Shown here: positions 39,467 through 49,107 of the stretch, piece by piece | How positions within the stretch are numbered: position 1 is the first letter of the stretch | Layout: every line of letters begins with the position of its first letter | DNA from: Ignavibacteriota bacterium | GTDB taxonomy: Bacteria > Bacteroidota > Ignavibacteria > Palsa-1295 | DNA: 64,000 nucleotides | Reading direction: 5' to 3' | Assembly (NCBI GenBank): GCA_963787835.1 | Contig: CAWBEI010000004.1 | Coordinates: forward strand, 224,001 to 288,000 | Program-made: the position numbers and the translations under genes | Notes under the pieces: model-generated | Databases searched by the model: none | The model's input: only the letters and a program-made list of their open reading frames with translations | What the model was told of the DNA's origin: nothing

Positions 39467-39568
39467 AAGCGTGATTATTTAGACATAATGGGAATACCAA
39501 CCCAGAATGAAAAGTGCCCGGATATTTAAGGCGTAAATTCTTTCCTGGCTTATTTTGTTTATCAATTT

Positions 39569-39793
39569 ATGAGCTATCGAGACCGAATTACCATCAACCC
39601 GAAGCAGCGTGGTGGGCAGCCGTGCATTCGCGGTCTGCGTATCACTGTTTACGATATTCTCGAATACCTTGCATCGGATATGACCCGTGATGAGATTCTC
39701 AGGGATTTCCCTTATCTGGAATCAGAGGATATTACTGCGGCACTAATGTATGCTGCGGATCGTGAGAAGCACATGCTTGTTCGTGCAGCATAA
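39569..39793 (+). CDS. DUF433 antitoxin
   Basis: RITINP..GGQPCIRGLRITVYDIL..DFPYLESEDI. Confidence 0.92.
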   Translation: MSYRDRITINPKQRGGQPCIRGLRITVYDILEYLASDMTRDEILRDFPYLESEDITAALMYAADREKHMLVRAA

Positions 39794-39805
39794 CCTGTTG
39801 TTTCG

Positions 39806-40141
39806 ATGAAGCTTCTTTTCGATGCCAACCTTTCGCCTCGACTTGTGAGCTTGCTTGGCGATCTTTTCCCTCGTTCCACGCATGTGGAAGACTTCGCCAA
39901 TTTAGATGCGGATGACGATGAGGTATGGAACTATGCACTTCAAAATGGCTTTGTGATCGTCACAAAAGACGCTGATTTCGACACCATGAGTAGGCTTGCC
40001 ATATATTCTCCAAAAATTGTATGGATTCGCCGAGGGAATTGTTCAACATCCATTATAGAGCACATTCTTCGCACGAATTTCGATAGTGTTTCCGCGCTGT
40101 GTGAAGAAGGTAGTGAGCTTTCCGTGCTTATTCTGTATTGA
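39806..40141 (+). CDS. DUF5615 PIN-like toxin
   Basis: MKLLFDANLS, DDEVW, IVTKDADF, IVWIRRGN. Confidence 0.9.
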   Translation: MKLLFDANLSPRLVSLLGDLFPRSTHVEDFANLDADDDEVWNYALQNGFVIVTKDADFDTMSRLAIYSPKIVWIRRGNCSTSIIEHILRTNFDSVSALCEEGSELSVLILY

Positions 40142-40153
40142 TGATTTTATAGC

Positions 40154-40924
40154 TCAATAACGCCTGCGTTCGTATTCCGCTTCCAGCGCCGTAAGCTGCT
40201 CTTTCGTATTCACGCCGCTTACCTCGATGGGATCGTTAGTGCTAACAACGGCAACAGCATCGGGACCGAACTGCTCGATAATGAGCTTGAAGGTATCGGT
40301 GAGGTAATACTCGCCCTGTGCGTTCTTGCGGTCGATGCGCTTTAGGACATCGAAGAGCACGTTGGCATCGAAAACATAGATCCCGCTATTGATCTCGTTG
40401 ATCGATTGCTCTTCGGGAGTGGCGTCTTTTTGCTCTACGATCTTTTCAAGATTTCCTGTATTTGTTCGGATGATCCTGCCATAGCCTGTTGGATCGGGCA
40501 AAAGAACGGAAAGAACGGACGCGACGACATTCTTGGAACGATGTTCCTGAATGAGGCGAGAAGCGGTTCCGGCTGTTAGCAGGGGAACATCGCCGGAAAG
40601 GATGAGTACATCGCCATCGAATCCGGCAAGTTGCTGTTCGGCTTGCTGAACGGCGTGGCCGGTTCCAAGCTGCTCCTCTTGAATTGCTATTCTCGCGTCG
40701 GGAAATTTTTCGGATAAATAAGCAGAAACGGCATCGCGCCCATAGCCGATAATGCAAATGATTGGGAACGCTTTAACCTGTTCGCAGAGACGAACGACAT
40801 GCCCGAGCATTGGCTCGCCGCCGATCGGATAGAGAACTTTTGGAAGTGTGGGATCTTGCATCCGCTTGCCCTGACCGGCAGCCATGATGACAGATGCGAG
40901 GGGACGAATATTGGGGGAAATCAC
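40154..40924 (-). CDS. sugar-phosphate nucleotidyltransferase (GlmU uridyltransferase domain only)
   Basis: MAAGQGKRM..PKVL, QLGTGHAV, GDVPL, YGRI, EINSGIY, NAQGEYYLTD, GVNT; ends before any hexapeptide domain. Confidence 0.88.
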   Translation of the reverse strand: MISPNIRPLASVIMAAGQGKRMQDPTLPKVLYPIGGEPMLGHVVRLCEQVKAFPIICIIGYGRDAVSAYLSEKFPDARIAIQEEQLGTGHAVQQAEQQLAGFDGDVLILSGDVPLLTAGTASRLIQEHRSKNVVASVLSVLLPDPTGYGRIIRTNTGNLEKIVEQKDATPEEQSINEINSGIYVFDANVLFDVLKRIDRKNAQGEYYLTDTFKLIIEQFGPDAVAVVSTNDPIEVSGVNTKEQLTALEAEYERRRY

Positions 40925-40956
40925 TTAGTCTCTTAGGCTTAGAACTGGTATTAAAT

Positions 40957-41038
40957 TGTCATTCCCGCGAAAGCGGGAATCCAGACTTCAAGTTGCTACG
41001 AAACCCGAATTTGGATTCCCGCTTTCGCGGGAATGACA
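40957..41038. repeat. palindromic repeat doublet (GTCATTCCCGCGAAAGCGGGAATCCA type)
   Basis: Perfect 27-bp inverted arms at 40957-40983 and 41012-41038, each an internal ATTCCC-N8-GGGAAT palindrome. Confidence 0.9.
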
Positions 41039-41058
41039 TGTAAAAAATCGCGTGATAC

Positions 41059-41448
41059 TTAATTGATCCTCGAAAACGCCGGAGTGTTATCCGTTATTTT
41101 CTTGATGCGATTGGCTTTATCGACCTGCACAATCGTGGGTCGATGATAACGGAGTTCCTCAACGTCTTCATATTCACCGTAGGTGATGATGATAACCTCA
41201 TCGCCGATAGCTCCGCGCCGCGCGGCCGCGCCATTCAGGCACACCACTCCGGAACCCGCAGGACCTTCAATGAGATAGGTCTCGAAACGCTCGCCATTAT
41301 TGTTGTTCACAACGGCGACTTTTTCAAACGGCAGCATATCGGCAGCGCGCATTAGGTCGGCATCGAGCGTGAGCGAGCCTTCATAATAAAGCTCCGCCTG
41401 CGTGACGGTCGCACGATGGATCTTCGATTTGAAAAGGATGCGTTTCAT
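41059..41448 (-). CDS. panD: aspartate 1-decarboxylase
   Basis: KSKIHRATVT, YEG-S self-cleavage site, NGERFETY, LNGAAAR. Confidence 0.97.
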   Translation of the reverse strand: MKRILFKSKIHRATVTQAELYYEGSLTLDADLMRAADMLPFEKVAVVNNNNGERFETYLIEGPAGSGVVCLNGAAARRGAIGDEVIIITYGEYEDVEELRYHRPTIVQVDKANRIKKITDNTPAFSRIN

Positions 41449-41454
41449 GTTTGC

Positions 41455-42312
41455 CTAGATCTGGAGATTGTCTATCAGGCGCGTGGCCCCGATATGTGCC
41501 GCAATAATGATGATCGCGGATGAATTAGTGCCTTCTTTCGCCTCAAACGAGGTCGCTGGTTGAAATGTTTCGGAATCGACGATATCGAGGTAATCGAGCG
41601 CACCATGTGGCGCTAAACGCTCAAATTCAGCGATTCCAGAGGAAATTGCTTTGGAAATATCGCCTGTGTTCCGCATGAGATCCCTCGCCTGGAAAAGCGC
41701 CTTAGAAAGTGCGAGCGCTTCTTTTCTTTCTGAAGCTGAGAGATACCGATTGCGTGAACTGAGTGCGAGCCCATCGCCATCCCGAATCGTGGCTCCGGCA
41801 ATAATTTCAACAGGGAATGACAGGTCGGTGACGAGTTTTCGGATAACCGCGACTTGCTGTGCGTCCTTTTGCCCGAAGTACGCCGTTTGCGGTTGCACAA
41901 TATTGAAAAGGATCGAAACAACGGTTGCCACGCCATCGAAATGCCCTGGTCGCCGTGCGCCTTCGTATAGATTTGTGATCCCATCAAGATGAATTGATGT
42001 GGCATGTCCCTTTGGGTAAATTTGATCGACCGTTGGTATAAACAGGAACTCAACTTCTGCTTCAACAAGCATACTCGCATCGGCTTCGAGCGTTCGCGGA
42101 TATTTCTCAAAATCTTCCGATGGCCCGAACTGCGTAGGGTTTACAAAAATGCTGACGACCGTTACATCCATTTGCTGTTTCGACATGCGTACCAGCGAAA
42201 GGTGTCCCTCGTGCAACGCACCCATAGTGGGAACGAAGCCGATGCTCTTGCCTTGCTCGCGCTGAAGTGCAAGCGCGCGGCGAAGTTCGGAGAACGTAGT
42301 GATCGTTCGCAT
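41455..42312 (-). CDS. panC: pantoate--beta-alanine ligase
   Basis: FVPTMGALHEGH, SIFVNPTQF, RPGHFDGV, FGQKDAQQ, ALSSRN, RLIDN. Confidence 0.97.
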   Translation of the reverse strand: MRTITTFSELRRALALQREQGKSIGFVPTMGALHEGHLSLVRMSKQQMDVTVVSIFVNPTQFGPSEDFEKYPRTLEADASMLVEAEVEFLFIPTVDQIYPKGHATSIHLDGITNLYEGARRPGHFDGVATVVSILFNIVQPQTAYFGQKDAQQVAVIRKLVTDLSFPVEIIAGATIRDGDGLALSSRNRYLSASERKEALALSKALFQARDLMRNTGDISKAISSGIAEFERLAPHGALDYLDIVDSETFQPATSFEAKEGTNSSAIIIIAAHIGATRLIDNLQI

Positions 42313-43275
42313 TTATAGTATTCTCTTCCCCATGCTGCTCGCGATGAGATCGGCAGCAAACTCTGCGCTGGCATTGCGAACATCGAGAATAGGATTAACC
42401 TCGGCAACTTCCATCGAAGCCATATAGCCCGTATCGGCGATCACTTCCATGATGAGATGTGCCTCGCGGTACGTTATTCCTCCGGGAACCGGTGTGCCAA
42501 CGCCACTTGCGATCGTTGGGTCAACGACGTCAAGGTCGAAGCTGACATGGAGATGATCGACCTTTTCTCGTAGCGAAGCAACAGCTTGTGTAATGAGCGT
42601 ATATACTCCTTGTTTATCGAGATCTTCCATCGTGTGCGCTTCGATCTTCAATTTATGGATAAGCGCACGTTCGCCAACATCTACAGATCGAAGTCCGATA
42701 TACACAAGCTGACTTGGTAACAGCTTTGGCTCAGGCCCTCCGATACTTGTCAGCGCAGGATTTCCCATGCCAAGCGCAACGGCCGCCGGCATTCCATGAA
42801 TATTTCCGCTCGGAGAAGTTTCGGGAATGTTAATATCAGTATGCGCATCGATCCAGATCACGCCAAGCCGTTTGTTCAGCCGTTTGCAGTGCGCGGCAAT
42901 TCCGGCGATAGTGCCGATCGCCATAGAATGATCGCCGCCGAGCACAAGCGGAAATTCGCTTTGATCGAGCGCGGATTCTACTTCTGATGCAAGAAGGGTG
43001 CAGGCGTTCGCAATTTCAGGCAAATAGGGAAGCTTAACGTCTTCAATTTCCTGAACTTCTGCATTACGAATCTCGATATCGCCAGCGTCGATCACATGAT
43101 AGCCCAATGTGCGAAGTTTTTCGCTGACCCCTGCGATACGAATCGCGGACGGCCCCATATCCACACCACGGCGGCCAGCTCCCAGATCCATAGGGAATCC
43201 GATAATTCGAACAAAACCGGGTGGGAAAGAACCGGGATTACGCGGATGATGCGGATTTTTCGGATTAGTATTCAA
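42313..43275 (-). CDS. rocF: arginase
   Basis: [44 protein letters not shown]. Confidence 0.95.
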   Translation of the reverse strand: MNTNPKNPHHPRNPGSFPPGFVRIIGFPMDLGAGRRGVDMGPSAIRIAGVSEKLRTLGYHVIDAGDIEIRNAEVQEIEDVKLPYLPEIANACTLLASEVESALDQSEFPLVLGGDHSMAIGTIAGIAAHCKRLNKRLGVIWIDAHTDINIPETSPSGNIHGMPAAVALGMGNPALTSIGGPEPKLLPSQLVYIGLRSVDVGERALIHKLKIEAHTMEDLDKQGVYTLITQAVASLREKVDHLHVSFDLDVVDPTIASGVGTPVPGGITYREAHLIMEVIADTGYMASMEVAEVNPILDVRNASAEFAADLIASSMGKRIL

Positions 43276-43372
43276 GCGGTAAGGAAAAAAATAATATTAT
43301 TGGAAGTAGGAGTTTGAATTAATCCTTAAAATCAATCCAGAAAATCTGCATCATCCGCGTAATCCCGGTTCT
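43228..43372. repeat. 39-bp inverted repeat element of the 9-bp-unit family spanning the accD/arginase junction
   Basis: agaaccgggattacgcggatgatgcggatttttcggatt (43228-43266) versus reverse complement of 43334-43372, 36/39 identical. Confidence 0.85.
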
Positions 43373-44229
43373 GAGGCTAAATGCTTCAGCACATTCGCGA
43401 TGGTTGCTTTCAATTGCTTTCGGTGCGAGATAATATCGACAAAACCGTGATCCTGCAAGAACTCGGAGCGCTGGAAGCCAGGGGGAAGTTTCTTCCGGAT
43501 CGTTTGCTCGACGACGCGAGGCCCCGCAAATGCAATGAGTGCCTTCGGTTCGGCAATATTAACATCGCCAAGCATGGCATAGCTTGCCGTAACACCGCCC
43601 GTTGTGGGATCGGTTAGCACGGAAATATAAGGAAGCCGTGCTTCGGCAAATTGAGCTAGCTTTGCGCTGGTCTTCGCAAGTTGCATGAGGGAGATCGCGG
43701 CTTCCTGCATTCGCGCACCGCCAGAGCTCGATATCATCACGAAGGGATCGCGGCGAGCGATCGCATGATCGACAGCACGCGAGAATTTCTCTCCGACGAC
43801 AGCGCCCATCGACCCTCCGACATAAGCAAAATCCATCACGCCCATTACGATTTCCCTTGCTTCGAGATGCCCGACGCCGACGCGAATCGCTTCTTTGAGA
43901 TGCGTTTTGCGCTCCGCCTCAGCGACACGCGCTGGATAGGGCTTGGAATCGACGAAACCAAGAGGGTCGGCCGGACGAAGTTCGGCAGCTATCTCTTGCT
44001 CAAGACCTTCGTCCAGCAGAATTTCGAAGTATTCTCTGCTTCCGATGCGAAAATGCTTATTGCAATGCGGACAGGTATAGAGATTTTCTTCGATCTGCTT
44101 CCGGTAAAGAATTTCCTTACATTCGGAGCATTTCGCCCACACGCCATCCGGCATGTCGCGAGTGGCGGCACTTCCGGGCTGCCCTTGGCGCGTCTCGATA
44201 TTCTGCTTTGATCGTGTAAACCAGGCCAT
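43351..44229 (-). CDS. accD: acetyl-CoA carboxylase carboxyltransferase beta subunit
   Basis: Zn ribbon CSEC..CPHC, GGSMG, SGGARMQE, DPTTGGVTAS, FAGPRV, FQRSEF. Confidence 0.97.
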   Translation of the reverse strand: MAWFTRSKQNIETRQGQPGSAATRDMPDGVWAKCSECKEILYRKQIEENLYTCPHCNKHFRIGSREYFEILLDEGLEQEIAAELRPADPLGFVDSKPYPARVAEAERKTHLKEAIRVGVGHLEAREIVMGVMDFAYVGGSMGAVVGEKFSRAVDHAIARRDPFVMISSSGGARMQEAAISLMQLAKTSAKLAQFAEARLPYISVLTDPTTGGVTASYAMLGDVNIAEPKALIAFAGPRVVEQTIRKKLPPGFQRSEFLQDHGFVDIISHRKQLKATIANVLKHLASEPGLRG

Positions 44230-44379
44230 AGAAAGTTATGAACGAAAATCAGCCGTGGGAAGTGCGTATCGGTAAGAAACCCATTTCACAGAGCCGTATT
44301 TTCTCAGAAAGCAATCAGAATGGGGTTCATTTTGTTAATAGTGGAAAATCAACTCCCTGAAGCAACATAATCAATCACC

Positions 44380-44727
44380 ATGAAAATTCGAAACTCACTT
44401 GCGATTTCCGTCCTCGGATTAACTCTTCTATCTGCTTGCTCCAAACAAGAGAATCCGCAGCCGCCAGCGCAGGATTCTGCCAAGATCGGCGCCGGACCCA
44501 TTAAGGAAGGACAGGGAAAGGGAATTGTTCGCGCCATCGATACCACAACGAAGATGATCACGATTGACCATGGCAACATTCCTAACGTAATGGACGCTAT
44601 GACGATGGATTATCATGCCGATCCTTCAGAATTATTGCGGAGTGTGAACGTCGGTGATTCGGTCAGTTTTACTGCACAAGATCGGGGAGAAGGCTATTTT
44701 GCAGTTACGGCAATTAAAAAGAATTGA
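44380..44727 (+). CDS. CusF-like copper-binding lipoprotein
   Basis: Lipobox LSAC; ITIDHGNIP..AMTMDY; VGDSVSF. Confidence 0.82.
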   Translation: MKIRNSLAISVLGLTLLSACSKQENPQPPAQDSAKIGAGPIKEGQGKGIVRAIDTTTKMITIDHGNIPNVMDAMTMDYHADPSELLRSVNVGDSVSFTAQDRGEGYFAVTAIKKN

Positions 44728-44806
44728 GAGCGGGATTTTTTTCAGATATTTCTTCCACAATTGCGGGATGTTCGTTCACTTTGATGACGAATCTGGAAGG
44801 AAAATT

Positions 44807-45355
44807 TCAGAATGCAAAAACATCTTCAAGCTTCATGGTAAAGCCGGGAAATAGAGGGCTTTGTAGAACATCCGAATTCTTGAAATAGGCATCGGACACA
44901 AAGCGGCCGCCATCCTGACGAAAGATTTCAACAGTTTCATCTTTTGGATCGACGATCCAATATTCGGCAACACCGCTTTCGGCATAGACCGTCTTCTTAT
45001 GCATCAGATCGTAAAACGCACTCGAAGGCGATAATACTTCGACAGCAAGATCCGGTATGACATTCAACTTGTCGCGACCGATCTTTGAGACATGATCTTT
45101 TTGGATGAAGATCAGATCAGGTTGATACACATCCGTATCGGTAAGACGCACATCGATCGGCGAGAGAAATACTCGCTCTATGTCATTCGACTCCACGAAG
45201 GGTCGCAGCAGTTGATAGATATTGCCGATAATGTTTTGATGGAATAGAGTAGGGGCAGGAGTCATAATAAGTTCACCGTCAATCAATTGATACGGCGCCA
45301 CTTCCGGCAGAGCCTCGTAATCTACATAAGTCAGTCTTTTTTCGAGAACAGCCAT
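44807..45355 (-). CDS. Uma2 family endonuclease
   Basis: LIDGEL..PAP..HQ, QPDL, PDLAVEVLSPS, K..Y..GVAEYWIVDP. Confidence 0.93.
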   Translation of the reverse strand: MAVLEKRLTYVDYEALPEVAPYQLIDGELIMTPAPTLFHQNIIGNIYQLLRPFVESNDIERVFLSPIDVRLTDTDVYQPDLIFIQKDHVSKIGRDKLNVIPDLAVEVLSPSSAFYDLMHKKTVYAESGVAEYWIVDPKDETVEIFRQDGGRFVSDAYFKNSDVLQSPLFPGFTMKLEDVFAF

Positions 45356-45429
45356 CTTAAAATATGTAAGTGATTTGAAGAGAAAAGAGTTCTATGGCAC
45401 GTCGCCCATACGGCTTTTGTTATCACTTT

Positions 45430-45804
45430 ATGAAAGTTAAGCTTCTTGATATTTGTCATGCCCGCAGCGGGGATAAAGGCGATGCTGCGAACGTCGGCCT
45501 TATCGCTCGTGAAGAGCGATTCTATCCACTTATTAAAAAGGAAGTTACACGCGCAGCCGTTAAAAAGCATTTCAAAGGGATCTGCTTCGGCCCGGTGGAG
45601 CGGTTCGAATTGCCGAATTTATGGGCGCTGAATTTTTTGCTCCATAACACGCTCGGCGGTGGTGGAACCGTCAGCCTTAAGCAAGACGCGCAAGGGAAAA
45701 CGCTCGCGGCTGCACTGCTTCGGATGGAGATCGACGTGCCGCCTTCTGCGTTGCGTCCTGTGAAAGCCAATGCTGCTAAGAAGGCTCCTCGGCGTTCAAG
45801 ATAA
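45430..45804 (+). CDS. AtuA-related small protein (acyclic terpene utilisation C-terminal-like)
   Basis: HARSGDKGD, VERFELPNL, LGGGG..SL..DAQGK. Confidence 0.82.
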   Translation: MKVKLLDICHARSGDKGDAANVGLIAREERFYPLIKKEVTRAAVKKHFKGICFGPVERFELPNLWALNFLLHNTLGGGGTVSLKQDAQGKTLAAALLRMEIDVPPSALRPVKANAAKKAPRRSR

Positions 45805-45844
45805 TATCGAACTACCGGAACGAACCAGAGAGATCGATTTCAGA

Positions 45845-48774
45845 TCACCATTGCAGCGGAATTCGGATCGTGTCCTTCTCTGTCTTCTTGAGATCCAGGT
45901 TCCCGAAATTTCGATAGCCGGTGGGGGGAACTGGTACAGGTCGATCCGATCTAAAATAAAGATCCTGTGACTGATAGGGTGGAAGCGATAGCTGTGTGAT
46001 GGTCGGGGTGAGATATGCGTCGTGTTCACGATAGCGTTGCTCCACAATATGCAGGTGCCACGGATGAGGATGATCTGGCAATGCAAGCCCTCCCCGAATA
46101 GTTAGAACATAACTCCCGTCACCATTCTTAGTTTCCGAGGTATCCTCGCTTTCCTTAGACTCAAACAGGATTGGTACGGTCTTTTTACTATAATCGAAGG
46201 CGGAATTGAACAGAGCGGTGGAATCAGGATGAAGGACCTGACATGCGATGTCCGTAAATTGATCGTAGTCCTCCGGTGGGATGGAAACTTCGAATACTAC
46301 TCCGCGCTCCCCCTGCCGAGGAGCGAAAGGGAGGGTAAACATATCACTTTCGGTGATCAGTGTATCGATGGTGCGCTCATAGCCGGTGATGTTCACAGCA
46401 GGTTCTGCTTCATAATTCAATAGGGAAGGATTCGCTATGGTCGTACGCAAAACGCTATGTCCCGCATCGTCAAGTTCGGTTGAAAGATTTTCAATATCTA
46501 ATGGTTGGGCATCCACGTTCAGATCGAGAGAAAGGTCTTTCTCGTCTTCGTTCGACATCGTTCTCGAAAGATCAATTTCCCAGATACCGGGAGTCAATTG
46601 CGTTCCAGAAAAATAGGCGGTCGCACTTCGTTGCGAACCATTGCCACGAAAGCCAAGCTTCGAGACTTCCTGACCGGCATTATCAAAGATCGAAACTGCA
46701 CATTCACCTTTCGCTTCACGAGTAGCAATATTCACTTTTATTTGCTTCGCACCAGGGGGTATGGCAAAGAACTCGCGTTGCAAGATTCCGGGCGCGAGCT
46801 TCATATCCGTCAGCGATATATGATAATTGTTTTGATCCGAGAACGAGTGTGGAATGATGACCGAGTTTACCAGCTCGAATCGAGCCTCACTGCGAGTGTG
46901 AGCCGTACCTTTTTCATATCCCCAGATCCTTCCAGAGTACAGCCCCGGTTTTTGAAGCAGCTTGCCATTATATCGAACATCCACATACATCGCTCCTTCG
47001 CCTCGACGGTAAATGCTGGATTGAAGAGGTGACATCCACGCGGCATCCGACACCAGATCGAACGCTTCCATTCCGACTGCTCTCTGCCGGGCGCTTGATC
47101 CAGGTGGGTATTCCGGTTCAACGCTGAAGGATTCTCGCTCACCGTCTTGCGGAATATTCCCGGCGCGGAAATAGCCTGCCGTTCCCGTTCGGATCTGGGA
47201 AGGAATATTCGCGTGAACGGCAACAGGGATCGGAACATAACCGGTACGATGCCAGCGCGAAAGAAGTTCGAATGCGGCCGGAACATCGATCATCCCATAC
47301 CCTTCATCGAGCGGTGTCGCTCCGTCGAGATGCTCGGCCGAGAGCATGATCGCACGTTTAATGGCATAGGCATTCACTGTCCAGTCAGGAAACGCTTGCG
47401 TCATCGCAGATAGCAACAACGCACAGCATCCGGCGGTGTTTGGAGAAGACATGCTCGTGCCATTATAACGGTCGCCGGTAACGTAATCCGGAACGGTACT
47501 CACTGCAGTGCCAGGCGAGACGATATCGGGTTTTGCAAGTTCCCCCCCGCGCGAAGAAAAATCGAAGATCACAGGATGGGTAACGTACATATTGTAAAGG
47601 TCACGAGCGGCATCCGCTGGTAGTGCTGCGCCGCTTGCGATCACACGATCGGCGGAGCCGGGCAACCCGATACTGGAAAGCCCCGGTCCTTCATTACCAC
47701 CGGAGACGCAAACAGTGAGATTGGGAGTTGCTGTGAGCAGGCTATCCAGCCATTTATCCATCGCGGCTTGGCCTTCCAGTTCGTTACCGATGCCGAAACT
47801 CATATTTACAACTACGGGCTTTGCTTGCGATCGTGCAGTTTCGGCCGCCAGTTCAAATGCCTTTTGCATTGAACCACTGATCGTCACACCACCGGCGTTA
47901 TTATCTGCAAATTTTACAGCAACAACCTGCGCTCCCGGAGCAACGCCATTGAATCCCTCCTGATTATCGATATTATGACCTGCGGCGATGCCCGCAACGT
48001 GTGTGCCGTGACTTCCATCGTCAAAATAGATGGAGATCACCTTGCGATCCGGATAGATATTTACAGCGCCCGTCAATCTTCGGCCAGAGGAGGTAGCACT
48101 GTCGGCAGTATGAAATGTGAAGGTATCGAAATGCTCGTGGTAGTTTGTTACCTTATGTTCGTTCGAGATGTCTCCATCGCCATCGGAATCGACGAATGCC
48201 GCATAGTGATCGGATGAATCCATGAAGACAAGGACCCCGAAGACATCGGAATCGCTGGAATTAAAATTCAGATCGCCTAAGCCATTTTGGAACCGTAGCT
48301 CATTCAGCGCCCCATAATAATAGCGGCCATCGGAAGGGTTTGCGTTGATGGCATTCATTCCACGCAGTACGGTTTTTCCATTCACCCGCAGTTCGTCGCC
48401 TGCACGCTCTGCTGCGGTGTATGTCACATCGCCGGTACCCGAAAGATCATGAACATCAATTATTTTTTGTTTGCCATCCGTCGTAGTCTGTAACCCGCAA
48501 TTCCCGGATCGACGCCGGTATCGAAAATATAAATGATCACGCCACGCCCATCGTAGTTAGGATGATCGCTGACAAACTCGTCAGCATGGGTCGCCCCAAG
48601 CGGCAGAAAACTCCATTCCGTTTTTCCGAGGGCTTTGTCAGGCGGCATGATCGGCGCATTCGACCGTGGCGATGCCGGACTTGGCGCGGTGAAGGTTCTG
48701 GCCCGTTGTGCCAGCCCTGCCGTTGAAAAAATCGAAACGGCTATGAAAGAGTAGAAAAGATAGCGACGGATCAT
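45845..48774 (-). pseudogene. S8 serine peptidase, tripeptidyl-peptidase II-like, with signal peptide; apparent frameshift near 48491-48496
   Basis: Joined reading [73 protein letters not shown]. Confidence 0.85.
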
Positions 48775-48904
48775 CGGATTATTGCTGAAAAGCGATTTTT
48801 ACCTTGCGAATTCATTCAAAAAACAGTAAACTCCTCGGATGGGTTGTTTAAGTCCTTGCTTTGTTCGGAAACTCCCTTAATGAACCCGACTGTTACCGCC
48901 CCGC

Positions 48905-48937
48905 AATTCATACTTCATCATTCATAATTCATACTTT
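48905..48937. repeat. heptamer tandem repeat (TTCATAC family) upstream of tRNA-Phe
   Basis: aattcatacttcatcattcataattcatacttt. Confidence 0.75.
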
Positions 48938-48946
48938 CCGCGGAAA

Positions 48947-49019
48947 GGTCAGGTAGCTCAGTCGGTAGAGCAAAGGACTGAAAATCCTTGTGTCGGCGGT
49001 TCGATTCCGCCCCTGACCA
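48947..49019 (+). tRNA. tRNA-Phe(GAA), CCA not encoded
   Basis: GGTCAGG TAGCTCAGTCGGTAGAGC AAAGGA CT GAA AA TCCTT...GGTTCGATTCC...CCTGACC A. Confidence 0.96.
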
Positions 49020-49057
49020 CTTTTTTAATGAAGCTTTTGGAATTGAGAATCCATTAT

Positions 49058-49090
49058 AAAGCCTCTTGCATTCTGCGAGGGGCTTTTTAT
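49058..49090 (+). terminator. intrinsic terminator after tRNA-Phe
   Basis: Hairpin aaagcctcttgca-ttc-tgcgaggggcttt running into a T tract. Confidence 0.75.
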
Positions 49091-49107
49091 TACCATTATT
49101 TTGAAGT

